NCBI GenBank assembly: GCA_002633005.1
Contig: NMRA01000452.1
Coordinates: forward strand, 30,767-94,766
Direction: 5' to 3'
DNA: 64,000 bases
Source of the DNA: Phoronis australis
Taxonomy: Eukaryota; Animalia; Phoronida
Below the pieces are notes generated by a model. That model was not told the origin of the DNA and did not search any database. It worked only from the letters and a program-made list of their open reading frames with translations. How positions within the stretch are numbered: position 1 is the stretch's first letter; each line of letters begins with the position of its first letter. Position numbers and translations under genes: made by a program. This document shows, piece after piece, positions 47,081 through 60,545 of the stretch.

Positions 47081-48571
47081 TGAACATGAACTTTTTTATT
47101 TGTGCGGCGATCGTCTGGTTTTTGATCTTATTGTGACCAAAAACTGATTTAATCAAACCAATATGAACTTAAATTTCGCTTTACGTTTACTCAAATGTAC
47201 GAGTCGTATCAGCACGTCAATGTCAACCACCGGTTTCAGTTAAGATTTTAAACAGCTGTAACGGGCTAAGTGAGTGTCGGTTGATCCAAGATTTCTAATG
47301 CCGTCGGCCGTTAGCACTACATCTGGATCAGTTCCACAACCAGCCAGCTAGTTCTAAGAAGATTAACGTCAAAATACTACTGTAAGTACACCCAGTGCAT
47401 GTTCACTTCACATATATTTCAATATTTCGGTTTGCAAGCCATGGTGCGTTCGGCCGAGCTCTTCACGTAAGTCAAACCACCAACATTCCTTCATAGATCC
47501 TAACCACCTCACTTTCAACACCAATTGTGCGGTAGGCCTCTCGTGGGGACTCCTTGGCCCAGGTCAACCATCCAGAGATGGTTAGTCGTGTCTTGGCTTG
47601 TTCTGGCCACCTACACACCAGACAGTCAGGTGAGTTGACTTGCCCGTCATTACTTTCACTTTTGTTTGTTCTGTGCACAACGAATTATTCTACGTACCCT
47701 ATTAACAGCATAATACAAAGAGAGGTGTGCAGTCTGCAGAACAGGGTTTGCACCAGTGCCGCTGCGTTTTCATGTTAATAAACTGACACCAGCAACGAGA
47801 GTGATTTGATAAAGGTGGATAGTTCCTAGATGAGACAACGTGTACGCTAACATTTGGGGTTTTGTTACCCCTTCGTTTAAGTGAGCCAAAGCTAGACTAT
47901 GACTAACTCAGTAGCCTACATAATCCTAAAAGATTGAATGGGCCACGATGAAACTTTTCACGCCCAATTTTTTTTTTTGACCGAGAACAGTGCATAAATC
48001 AAATTATGTGAAAGTTTCATACAAACCGCACTCAGCCATTTCTGAGATATGGTTTTCAGAAGTTAGGCAAATTTGTCCATTTTTAGAATGCTTCATAACC
48101 TTATAAGCAGGTAATTCAAACTTACTCTCGCATTTTACGAGCGATGTGTTAATATTGTACCAATGTTTACCACCAAAGGCTAGTTCAAAAGTGCCACTGT
48201 TTTGCAAACTTTGTCCCAATTCCAACTTAGAATATGCATACTGCGACACACCTTGAAGTGTTTTAATACAAGGCCTAGATGATATTGTGGCTGATTTTCA
48301 TGTGACTTGTTATAAACCTATAGGCCCTACTGCTTGATTATTTTTTCTGTTGTGTTGTGATTCAAAATGAATAAAAAATGTTTCTGCAAACTTGACACCA
48401 GATGTTTACCGTGTGTAACTAAATTAATCAAAAGACCATGATCCAGACAGAAGTTGAGGTAACTCAAAGTTGATCTTTTGGTCTCAAGAGAAAACTTAGC
48501 CAACCGTCTTTGCCATATCTGAGAAAATGACAACTGATGGCGGCGACTATCTGGTGGATCCCACTACCACT

Positions 48572-48828
48572 CAGTGGCTGATCTACGTTTTCAGTAAGGG
48601 GGCTTAGGATTCGCGCGAATTCAAGGCGCGTAGCGCCGAGGGGAGGGTAGTCGGGAGGGGGTTTTCCCCTTCCCGCGTAAGATTTTCTTTGGTTTTTGTA
48701 GCTGATTTTGTTTTCCTGACGACGTTTCTTTTCATTCTTATTTTTGATCCTGACCCAGGGGAGGAGGGTTTGAGCCCCCTGAACTCCCCCCCCCCCGTAG
48801 NCCCCCCCCCCCCGTAGATCTGCCTCTA
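48572..48828 (-). mobile_element. 257-bp MITE, 5-bp TSD CCACT
   Basis: Same family as 15824-17559; CCACT on both sides. Confidence 0.8.
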
Positions 48829-49172
48829 CCACTGTGCGTCCTAGTGCCAATTATATATTTTAACGTTTCGTTCTGTAGTTTCGGTGTTCCTTGACGTCTA
48901 TTCATGAAATTTGACAAACATCTTCCCATTTTCAAATGCATGTGACCTCGCCACCTATCGGCCAAACCTTAAGGATTACTGTGAAACTGACACACGTGGT
49001 CCTCAATACTGGGGCGGTTCTTTTTGAGCGGTTCCGTCTACTGTAGGGTCCTCTATTGCTATTTTTGCGGCCGCACATGTGGTCTACAGGATTTTTGTTA
49101 AATTTGGCAAGTTTATTGCATGGGCGCACCCAGGGGGAGCTCGGGAGGGGGGCTCGAAGGACCCCCCTAATT

Positions 49173-50128
49173 TTGCGAAGTCGGGACTGATGAGCTCTAG
49201 CTCGTCCTAAGTCGGGATTGCGAGTTGCCATGTTGGCGTTTATTACTGAGCGTTCTGTTTCAAAATGAATAATTCTCACCCTAACCAATACTTATATTTA
49301 ACTGAAACAAAGTCTGTCTGATTAGATGCAATTTGTAATGCCTTTGGAGTGTTCGTGGGTGCAAATCAGTTGAGAAGCCAGCAATGAATAAATCACTGCG
49401 TTACCGGCTTTAGGTGCAATAAAACTAATTGACGGGACACCGAGGCCGTGTGAGCTTATGCTAATTTTGTGTTTGCTGGCAGAAACTGTTGTGAAACAAC
49501 TCGATTTCCATTCCACGACCAGGTGTTGGGGGAATCTTTATTTACATGTACATTATTCAAATAATGATCGTCAATGTACAACTTCTGCCTTGACGGTGCT
49601 GTGGCCAAAGCGGAACCTGAATTCGTGGCCCCCGACGAGTAAGTAGATTTGCAGTTTCGTGGCTAATTCACCAACATAATCAGGTGCACGTTACTTTGGC
49701 TCACTAGTATAGTATTTTCTTGACTGGAAATTTAGTTTCCACTGAACTTTGTCTGGTTTATGTTCGTGACCTTATTGGCCTGCCGGACTTTGTAGGCTAC
49801 GGTGTGTCCAAATACCAATAAATCCGTAAGAGCGAAATATAACAACACGTTTTTATAAGAAATCGGTGTATTTTTAAGGGTTTTACATCGCAGTTTGATG
49901 ATTAATTGGTGTTAAACGATGACTTCAAGTGATAAACTGACACCAGTAACCCGTGTTGTGAACTGCTGAACAGACTGCGTGTGAAACCGATGACGTCATT
50001 GGATAATTTCAACACCTCCGTCTGCCGTCAGGTGTCAGGTAACGCAACGGTACGTGTCGTTATGGAGTTAGACTACTCGATCTAAATTGATACAAATTAG
50101 GTTGTTTTTTAGGTGGCATGCTCCTTTA
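49173..50128. repeat. About 1 kb dispersed repeat (second copy at 59411-60514)
   Basis: High identity; both copies end gtggcatgctcctttaa. Confidence 0.9.
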
Positions 50129-52467
50129 AATTTCTTTACCATTGACTGCATTTTAGGCTTCGTCGATTTACTTGTCTAAAGTACATTATTACTGGCACAA
50201 TTAATTTCCGGATTTTGAAATGGACCGCGAGAATTATTCACTTAAAAGACCTGCACCGTCACCAATTTCACAGTTCTTGCCGTCAAAAAGTGTACTTCAA
50301 CTCCTCGTCGATCATTAAAATGTAACTTAGAATCGGAATCTCTGAACTCAACACAACCGCACTGTTGCAAAATTTGTTCGGTTTGCTGGTATTAAAATAC
50401 CAAAACCTTGTAACGAACCAGTTGCCATCATTCTTGCTGTGTACGCAACCTCGTGGAAGAAGAACAGTTGGTTGAGGAATTGGGGGGAGCAGAAACTGGC
50501 CAATTAGTGACGCAGTATTTCATGGCGCCGACAGCTAACGTAAAAGATCGCACCACATGCAACTTTAGCAACAGGATAATGGTAGAACGCCAATCGGTCA
50601 TAAGCAAAGAGATAAATATAACTAGAGTTGACATCACGTGGTTTTCGTTGAGCGTAGTGCTCCGCCATCTTGCTGATGAATCATGTTAGTCGAAATGCGT
50701 GTGTACTGTGTAGTATCTAGGAACCAATATTGGTAACAGCACGGGATTTCAAGTACAAACTCATAGCTTTTATGTTAGGATCATCGAGTACAAACTAGGA
50801 TTTTTAGAAAATCATCCAAGAAAATCATTGCGTACTTGAGCACAGAATTAAAGGGCCTTAACACCTATCTTTAGTTATAGCAGAAAACATCAAAAATAAA
50901 GTTTGATTACAAGTATAAAGGATAAACCAAGAAAAAATGATACAATTTTTGGTCTTTTAAGGATTAAAAATTGAAACTGAAATAAAATTATTTTGTGGGT
51001 AAGAATCCGATCGCAGAAACAATATTGTTCAACTTCATTTGGTCCTTAGAAAACCCTCTTAAGTCCATGTTGCATGGACTTTTGCTTGACTTTCCTTTTT
51101 AGTCCGATATATCTTAAAGCGTTTAGTGACCAAGATATCTGTTGTTTTCTAGCAATTAAGAAACATAAAAAGTGACTACAAGATTAAAAGTTGTACATTT
51201 TTACAGAGTGGACGCCAATTCGAAGATTCGTTGATATAAAAATAAGGGATAACCCAAGAATGCTACACCACAGTGTTATATTGAGACGGTAGATGAGTTG
51301 TTTATGTAGATTTCAAGAGATGGGACAAATGTTCTGTACCCTGGCAAGATATTCAAATCTGCAACTGTTTTACTTATAATATGTCCTGTTTATGGTCTTC
51401 CGATACTTACAGTGTATTATGCCTGGGTCGGCCGCCCAAGCAGTGGTGTTCACAGGCACGCGCGACTAACCGATATGCGTGTCTTACCAACCAGTGCAGG
51501 GTGTTTTTGGTGTCGTGCATTCTTCTTTTTTCATTGAAATACTTAATGTTAACATATCAGTTTCTATNNNNNNNNNNNNNNNNNNNCCCCCCCCCCCCCC
51601 CAGCCCCCTATGGTGCGCCGCCCATGCTATAACTCTATCGTTTTGTAAAATGTTTCTACCAACTTTTATTCAAACTGGCCTATGCGCTCAATTCCGAATA
51701 TGCACATGCACACAAAGATGTACGGTTCCATACAATGACACGACTTTATACGCACGCATACTGCATATTGTTCAAGTGTTTCACGCATGCCTCAAATCTT
51801 TTTTTAGAATAAATCAAATGGCATCGGGTCAAGGAATTTTCAGACCCATACTAAAAACTTTGGGAATGCTGTGATGCAATGGTGCGCCGGAGACCGGCCC
51901 CCTTGACAGCTGATCATCTTGTCGGTTTATAGACACCTGAAAAAATGGGTAGTATACAATTATAACGACGAAAAAGGCTAATCACTGTATAAAACAGTGA
52001 CGGATCTAGGATATCATAAAGGGGGCAAACAATTTGTCTCGGTGCAATGTCAATTAATTTAGGGTGTAATAGTAATATAGAAATGAAATGAACCGTACGT
52101 TTATAATAGTGACAAATTAAATCAGCTGGGAAATAATTTCAATGATTCAAAAGAGTTCTAGCCTATCAGGACAAAGGCTTTAGAACATGAATCCCTCACA
52201 TTTGCTGTGAAGAAGTGCCAGGCATTAATCCAAAATTTTACATCTTTACTCATTGATGGGACCTATGGTGCCGCTTGATTGTGTTCTTCAGTAAAAATTC
52301 AGATTGCAGTGACATTTACAAAAAAGTCTGGTAAATTGATTACTACAGTACAAATAACTATCCGGAATTAGCAGACAAGGGTTTTCTGATAAATAAAAAT
52401 TATTATTGAAAAATGGGACATCCGGATAAAAAGCGAAACTTTATTTGCGCAGCGTGTAAGTATTCGA

Positions 52468-52489
52468 CGTGTGTGCGTGTGCGTGTGTG

Positions 52490-52521
<32 letters not shown>
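52468..52521. repeat. (TG)n microsatellite
   Basis: Seen directly. Confidence 0.95.
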
Positions 52522-52902
52522 AAAGCATATTTACACGCACAAACAGCTACGCAAATAAATACACGTTTTTCGAAAGATATATAAACATACCTGTTATTAC
52601 GATCTAAAATTTTCATATTAAGCTTTATTTTACGGATTTAGGTAAATACTACAAGTAATATTACTGCTCAGAAATCAAATTAATAAAACAACATCTGAGC
52701 AACCTGTAAACATTTCACAATTGAATTATTTTAGAACAACAAAAAACAGTGATACCATATATACGTGCATATACACAAGCACGCACAACTGTCACAAATA
52801 ATGATACACATCAGGTTACCGAAAGTTACGTAAACACCTGTTAGTAGGGCCCAGACTTAAAATTGCTGAGCAAACACTCATAAACCAAATATCACTTTCT
52901 TC

Positions 52903-53475
52903 CGTCAGATCGTTTTCCCATTAGGGAAACTTCGGCTTACCGAAGCTTCGCCGAAACTTCGCTTACCTTTCTTTATCGCTATGGCAACGGACAACGCAGT
53001 TCATTCGTACTCTCAAACGAATATTGAATAGTGGGCTTGAGGCTAACTGAAAATTGTTCGCCTGCCATTTACGATCGTTTATGAAAATGTTCAGTGTCAT
53101 TCTTCATCAGATATGCTTTCTTTTAGTTATTTAAGTCCGTCTATTGAGAGCACCTCGGTTACTCTGCAACGCTTAGGAGGACAAGCGGTGAAAAGCCACG
53201 CATATCTTTAGAAATGCGTGACTTTCGTGTAAGCGTATTATTCACGGCATGCGCACCAATATTCATATTACAATATTTTAAGTGGCTTTCCCATCAGAAG
53301 CGAGACTTCTCTTTTACCGAAATTTCGTTAAGTGGAAAAGGTTAACTCCGACAATTAATCTGCTAGTGAAACTTCGCTTCAAATAGCAGGATTTAAAAGC
53401 GAAGCTTTGGTACTCACCGAAGCTTCGGTGAAGTGGGAACAATAAAAGCGAAGCTTCGTCGAAGTTATCGGTAGA
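52903..53475. mobile_element. Inserted element with cgaagcttcg palindrome-rich ends
   Basis: Begins where colinearity with GPCR unit 1 breaks; cgaagcttcg/gaaacttcg clustered at both ends; limits approximate. Confidence 0.45.
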
Positions 53476-55523
53476 GGTCGCAGCAACGATATACGAACAC
53501 GCGAGATCGGGAGCAAAGAGAGCACGTCACCAGAGTCGGACGCAGTTGCGATGACCGCATTATCCAGTGAGAGCAATTACCCGAACACAACCTGTAGTAG
53601 ACACCTCTGCCTGTACATACTGGCGGATTTTTTAAAGGCATTAACCAACACTTGTCGTTGAAAACAAATACCACAGCTGTATTCAGGTGGAAAAACAACC
53701 AAGCTTGGTTTTCGATTTTTAAAAATCGGTGAACTATTACGCTAAAAACTACAAACATTGGATACAAATGAAGATAACCTACTGTGCGTTTTGATATACT
53801 CGTTGATTTACAACGCTGATCAGAGTTAACAATATCACGTGGATTATTCTTTTAATATACAACTAAGCTACATTGAAACATCTATAAACAACACACAGTG
53901 ACTAAATTAAATGTCAATAATTTTTAAAACATCGCTGATGGCGCTGTGCATACCGAACTACTTTACTCTAGGAGCAGTAGTTTACTACCGGAAAACTTAT
54001 TCGTGGAAATGCGCCAATTTTCGATAGTTAGCTTGTAGTTGTAATAGAACACCTGTGAAGACAACTAAGACGGCTAAGCTTTGTAGTCAACGAGAGAGTG
54101 CAAGCAGTGGATGAGGTTGGTCGGTGGGCTAGAGCTGTGATTTCATTTTCATGATGAGGAAAACCTAGAATAGTTTGTCCAGAGTTTCCAAATTTTCAGT
54201 TTGTCTATCACCATATTTACACTTTTGTATAGATTTTATGATTTGAGTTCTAATAAAGATTGAACTTGAATTAATGGCACGTGTAGTTTTGTTGGCTGCA
54301 ACATGTTTGGTGTAGCTGTAATCTGGAAAATTCAGGGATGGGTTCACAGTTAACTGATTTCTACGTTGTTTTGATACTTTGTTAAACAAAAAATAAAAAA
54401 GCAAGTAGATAGGAGTATTAAAATAAAGTAATGAAAACAGGTACGAAACATTTAAAATCATCGTCCCTTTGGGAATTGGCTCTGTGTCAAGATCAACGCA
54501 AAATTAATATTAACTTTTTAGTCTGTTTGTAATATTTAAAATGTACCGAGTTAAAACCCTGCAGGCTTTAACTCTGTCCAAATGCCAGAGAAAAACAATT
54601 TGGGTGTAATAAGGACCACCATTGTTAAGACAGTAGTACTAGCTATTTCCTTTCCACTTCATTAGCCTAGATCTACATCAATACAAAGGTCGTGCTGAAT
54701 AGGCATCATAAAAGTTGTCTGGGGCTTAGGGAATCAGAGTGGTGACCATTGTAAGCGAGAAATTCTCCGACACAAGCCCAATATTACAATGCGATCACGT
54801 GTAAACTACGTTGTCATTATTACGCGTGAGACATCCATTACCTAAGGAATGTTGCCACGTCGATAAATGATTACGCTGATTTAATCTAGTACAAAACTCT
54901 GTTTAACTTCACCCAAAACTGCTGGTTCTCTCAGTTATTACGAGTATTGCTTCCTCTAACCTAGAGCAATATTCAACGTAAACGTTCACTCTAAATATAA
55001 CCTGCGCATGGCTCGAGAAAGGCCATATTTTTCTTTTCTTTAACTTGCGCAATCCATAGCTCCGCTTGAGGATTTTGAAACCAGGGCGGCGTTCCGTAGT
55101 TACAAGTAAGGTGTGGTCACGAGTCTCACTTACAATGCATGGTGATAACTCGAGAAGTATTGGGTGATCTTGCGCCTTCTCCAGGTTCTCGTGTCTCGAA
55201 ACGCTTTCCAAGCTTACTGTCATTGGAACACTGCACTGTTACGAAATAATTCCTATCACTCACCTTTCACCAACAGCATATGCTTGAAACTGTTTGTGAA
55301 ATTTGATCAGTCCCGTTGTTGAGTCTGATAAAAATGTCCTTTCACGGGATGATGCCCTCGGATACATCTGGGAGCTTGGCGTGCTTTAGTTGAAGACAAA
55401 ATTCGCTGCAGCTAAGACCGAACCTTGAAAGAGTTCTATGCACATTCTAAGTGGCGTCAGTTCATGGAGGAGTTCCGTGGATGGACGCATGTGAAAATGG
55501 CAGACGATTTGCTAAGTGTTCTG

Positions 55524-56504
55524 TCAAAAGCAAAGGAGTTTATTGAAAGCCTTCCGAAAGCTTTTCATGGAAAGTGCGTAAATGAGAGGATTAACAGCAC
55601 AGTTAAAATGAATAGCCATGACAAAGATGTCTCTGATAACTTGCAACGGCAAAGGGGATGTCGGCGTGATTGGACCTGCTGCGCTTCTTAAGATTGAAAT
55701 TGGTAAGTAGCAGATTTTATAGATGAGCAGAACACGAGACATGGTGCGAAGTGTGACATATTGTCGCTGAGCGTCTTCACTGGTTTGAGCGCCTTGAGCG
55801 ATTATTTTCCGCTTTTGCCTCCACGCTGCAATTACGGTGTAAATGTGCGTTGGGTATGTTGCAATCATAGGTATTAACATTAAAAACGCAAGTGCAAGTT
55901 TTGACAGGCCAGATCCAAGTAGCGTCTGGAGATTACACGCTTGTCCGCTAGGAATAACGTAACCTAGGTGATATGTTGAAATAAACATGAACGGGACAAG
56001 CACCACGACCGGATAAAAGATTGCACAGGTCACCAACGTAGTACACACCCGCTTGGTCATCAGTGCTTTATATCGAAGGGGATGTAATATTGCGACGAAT
56101 CGGTTTAATGCTACCACAGCCAACATAGACAGAGTTACACCAAGAGTCCATTTCTGGAAGATCTCCTCGGCGTAGCATTCTATCACAGAGTTTCCAAACG
56201 GAGTTGTCCCGTTCGTGACTGTTGCGTATCTCTTCCAGACGTAGAATGGGTTGTGAAAAGCCGCTCCGAGATCAGTCATGGCTAGTCCGAGTATAATAAT
56301 ATTACTTTCTTCGTCCTTAATAGCATAGAACTTGAAATACGAAATAACAACGAGAATATTGCCGAAGATAACACAGACAAAAATAATAATTTCGATGATT
56401 ATGTATAAAACCAAGAGGAACGGCGGAGCGACGGAGTCTGAAATTGACGCATTTGCCCCCAGTATGTCAAAATAGCTAACTGATTCGTTTTCAATAGTCG
56501 ACAT
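55524..56504 (-). CDS. Rhodopsin-like GPCR paralog, intronless CDS, 326 aa
   Basis: Closely similar to 43835-44827; NRF and NCAVNPLIY; first ATG at 56504. Confidence 0.9.
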   Translation of the reverse strand: MSTIENESVSYFDILGANASISDSVAPPFLLVLYIIIEIIIFVCVIFGNILVVISYFKFYAIKDEESNIIILGLAMTDLGAAFHNPFYVWKRYATVTNGTTPFGNSVIECYAEEIFQKWTLGVTLSMLAVVALNRFVAILHPLRYKALMTKRVCTTLVTCAIFYPVVVLVPFMFISTYHLGYVIPSGQACNLQTLLGSGLSKLALAFLMLIPMIATYPTHIYTVIAAWRQKRKIIAQGAQTSEDAQRQYVTLRTMSRVLLIYKICYLPISILRSAAGPITPTSPLPLQVIRDIFVMAIHFNCAVNPLIYALSMKSFRKAFNKLLCF

Positions 56505-57752
56505 ATCTTCGAAAGCTGTTTTGCGCACTGAAACAATCACCTGGAGTGTATGAGATAATCAATGCGGCACCGCGAACGAAAAACGAAGGAGGGTGTCCTG
56601 TGATTGATTGACGCTTTTTGCTGACGATACTCTGACTTTTCACATGCCATAGTAAATAATTATGTGACAACGCTCCATGTGCCACTGTTGATATTTTGTT
56701 AAGGGACTAATTACTTTCCGGTGCAATTTTGCAAGCAAAAATTCTTACATAACAGGTAAATGCCAATCAAGTTCCATATTCGAGAATCAACTGTGTTACG
56801 AGCTTAAATAGAATTTTCTGGTCAATTACCAAATGCCAGCTGGATCTCATATGCAAAGGATTATTTAGTTGTGCAAATTAAAAAGAATCATCAAAATCGG
56901 ACAATGTTTGAGAAATTAATGCATGCTTTTGTCTATGAACTTTATGCATTTTTAGCACTACGAGTGGCCATTTTAAAATTTCCAATTTTCGACTTCCTAC
57001 AGTAGAACAGAAATTTAATTTATTAAGTAGGCAATTGTTTTGATATGACTTGGAATAACTCGAGTCACTTTCAGAATCACTTAGATGAAGTTGTGCTGAT
57101 TCATTGAGAAATGGTAGGGTTCACCCTAAAACAGTAACTCGTTACGAAATTTGTAAATTGTGTGTGTTTTAACCCTCGTCTTCTGTAAAGAAGGTTAAAA
57201 AGTAAAGTTCATGCTTCATAATAAAAAGGACTGCAGACTACGTTAGCCTAGGCAACACAGCAAATTATTCAATATCTAACCAAGCCAAAACTTTGAATAT
57301 TGACTGGGTTCTGTTATGTTGAAAAAGGGCCAAAAAGGCTAAAAATGTAGTGTACGTACCCCTATGTTTACAAATACTATGAAATTAAAATATTACTTGG
57401 TAAGTGAGCAACATTGGTCACAGACAGTTTCCTCTCTTAAAAAATGTTAGGTTAAAATTGTGTTGATTACAAATACATTTGTTTTGAGTTAAATATTAGC
57501 ATTTGTGTTGTGTACGTACCCCTATATTTTATCATGTGCCTATTTTCAAAGAATGACAGACAGTTATGCACATGTATGCAGCTGTACTTTTTATTTGTTC
57601 TCTTTGAATAGATTTGGTAAATGAACTGTCTAACTCTCAGTAGAACCTAAATATTTTGTATCAACCTGACAGGTCATTGAAATATAGTGTACGTACCCCT
57701 GTGCAATGTACGTATCTTCAACCTCGGAGCTATAAAGTATTGCTCACAAGAA

Positions 57753-58760
57753 TTTTTACTCTGCGCGCGTAAGCGCAGAGTAATGTTGTTCCTGGGTTTT
57801 CTTCAATTTTATTATTTGGCGAAATAAATCGGACGAAAATTGCGACCTGTATCGTGCGAAAAAACAAAAAAAACAAACTTAGTGGAAGAGCAACAAACTT
57901 GGCGAAATTTATTACTTGGCGAAAGTATGTTGCTCTTCCACTAAGTTTGTTTTTTTTGGTTTTTCGCACGATACAGGTCGCAATTTTCGTCCGATCATCA
58001 CGAAATTTACACATAACACGTACTTCCGGAAGTACTGGAAGTCTATTGTTTTTCGTCAAAATCGGATCCAAGATGGCGGCTGTGGCGGCCATTTTGTCTG
58101 CATTTACAGGTTCAAATGCTTCTGGAGGCTACAATTTTTTACGTAAAAGGCTAAGAATCGGCACAGTAAATGGACCGGAAGTTTGCTACAATTGTAATGG
58201 AAAGTGTTTACTTGCAGTTAAATATGGCGGAAATATCGGCGATCGCGCATGCGCACCTCGATTTTGGCCACAAAACGTTTTGAATTCTCCTCTAGAGGGC
58301 GCATTGTAAGACCAATTCCTTCGAATTTTTACTGGTATTATTTTCGTATAACATGATGTTATACAAAGGCGAAACACCAGAAGTTGCTTTCAAGATGGCG
58401 GATCTGGCACATGTTGACCCATTTTCAGTCGTGCTGAAAGGCGATCTTAAACGGGAAGAGAAAAAGACGTGATTTTTTGCATGTGGATTCTTTGAAGTAT
58501 ATTCTTTCAAATGGCCTACAACAATTTTTTCTCAGACTTACCGTATTCGAGTTATTTGACTTTGAATTTCTTTAAAAAAACGCAAAATTTCATTTTTTTC
58601 GAAAAATTAACAGAATTAGGCGATACTATCAGTTTAGATAGAATTTTGAACGGGCTTTCAGAAGATGGTTTCCATTTTTCGCTAGGACGCCTACTTTTTG
58701 AGTTATTTGAGATTTTCTGATAACGCAGTTCCTTTGTTGAGCGCTCTTGCTGCATTGATG
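57753..58760 (+). mobile_element. Helentron/HINE-like element with an internal inverted duplication
   Basis: T-run then palindrome ttactctgcgc...gcgcagagtaa; internal caagatggcgg repeats; right end approximate. Confidence 0.5.
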
Positions 58761-59410
58761 TTGGTTTATCTTCTATTGAAGTAGACTGTAGCCTATTTCT
58801 TATTGATTCATGACATCTAAGTTCGTCATATGAATGTTGAGATGTTGTTCATCATCGCCACCACCATCATCATATTCGTCATCATTGTCATCATCTTCGT
58901 CATCATCTCCGTCGTTGTCTTTTCCGTTAATTTCGCCAAGTGTCGCTCAAGACTGTAGCCTTTTTCTTACTGATTTCGGACTTCTACGTTCGTCATGTGT
59001 ATGTTATTATTACTTCTTTTGTTCANACGACGCTAGCGACGTCAGTGGTTCATATGCAGAGTGAATGCCGCTATGTTGCGGTGCATCGTTCCCGCTTGTC
59101 CGAACTAAGCAGCTGCGAGGAAAGCGGGTATATTGTTTTTTTTTTACTTCCTCGAGAGTCCGATTTTTAAAGGCTTAGGAAGTGGCTCATGGTAGCGAGG
59201 AATGAAATGTACGCTATAAATAGCAAGTATAAGACCGCGAAACATCTCCGTGTCTGTGGTCTGCAGACGTCAACAGTGCCTGACGAATGCCGGCTTACCA
59301 AATAACTCCATACGTTCGGTTGTCTGCGCCTGTTCACGACGCCTCTCTGGTATTTCTTCATCACTGTATTCCTGTTCGAATTGATAGCCTGTAAAACTTA
59401 ACAATCCACC

Positions 59411-60514
59411 TGCGAAGTCGGGACTGATGAGCTCTAGCTCGTCCTAAGTCGGGATTGCCAGTTGCCATGTTGGCGTTTATTACTGAGAGTTCTGTTTCAA
59501 AATGAATTATTCTCACCCTAACCAATGCTTATATAAAACTGAAACAAAGTGTGTCTCATTTGATGCAATTTGTAATGCCTTTGGAGTGTTCGTGAGTGCA
59601 AATGATTTGAAAAGCCAGCAATGAATAAATCACTGCGTTACCGGCTTTAGGTGCAATAAAACTAAGGACGGGACACCTAGGCCGTGTGAGCTCATGCTAA
59701 TTTAGTGTTTGCTGGCAGAAACTGTTGTGAAACAACTCGATTTCTATCCCACGGCCAGGTGTTAGAGGAATCTTTATTTACATTTACATTACTCAAATAA
59801 TGATTGTCAATGTACATCTTCTGCCCTGACGGTGCTGTGGCCAAATGAATTCCCCCGACGAGTAAGTAGATTTGCAGTTTCGTGGCTAATTCACCCACAT
59901 AATCAGATGCACATTACTTTGGCTCACTAGAATAGTATTTTCTTGACTGGAAGTTTAGTTTCCACTGAACTTTGTCTGGTTTATGTTCGTGATGTCTGAT
60001 CAGCTTCCGAGCCACTGGCCAGGATAACAAGCGTTTTGTGTTTAGAACTCAAAAAATCACAAGTCTAAACAACACAGATCTAGGTTCTCCTGTCTGTATC
60101 TCACGGAAAATACTTCGAAATTATCTCCGAACAGACCCCAAACTCCTGCTACAGACCTTATTGGCCTGCCGAATTTTGAAGGCTACGGTGTTTCCAAATA
60201 CCAATAAATCCGTATGAGCGAAATAAAACAACACGTTTTTATAAGAACTCGGTGTATTTTTATGGGTTTTACATCGAAGTTTGATGATTTATTGGTGTTA
60301 AACGATGACTTCATGCAATAAGCTGACACCAGTAACCCGTGTTGTGAACTGCTGAACAGACTGTGTGAGAAACCGATGACGTCACTGGATAATTTCAACA
60401 CCTCCGTCTGCCGTCAGATGTCAGGTAACGCAACCGTACCTGTCGTTATCGAGTAGAACTACTCGATCTAAATTGATACAAATTAGGTTGTTTTTGGGTG
60501 GCATGCTCCTTTAA
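59411..60514. repeat. Second copy of the 49173-50128 repeat, with about 165 bp extra
   Basis: Colinear; extra segment at about 59992-60155. Confidence 0.9.
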
Positions 60515-60545
60515 CAACTTTAACTCCACTAACTCAATATACACT

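Larger units (their letters stand above)
46365..47133 (+). mobile_element. Penelope-like retroelement remnant: GIY-YIG fragment between inverted pLTR arms
   Basis: From 46621: SNVVYKVECDNCKEF*IGLTQRRICDRLKEH; arms 46365-46551 and 46955-47133 are reverse complements. Confidence 0.88.

Noticed and set aside
47436-47635. GC-richer stretch with an ATG and donor-like gtaagt/gtgagt
   Set aside because: No consistent frame or recognisable peptide
49183-49206. CTGATGA in a hairpin (also at 59421) as a hammerhead
   Set aside because: No GAAA after stem II
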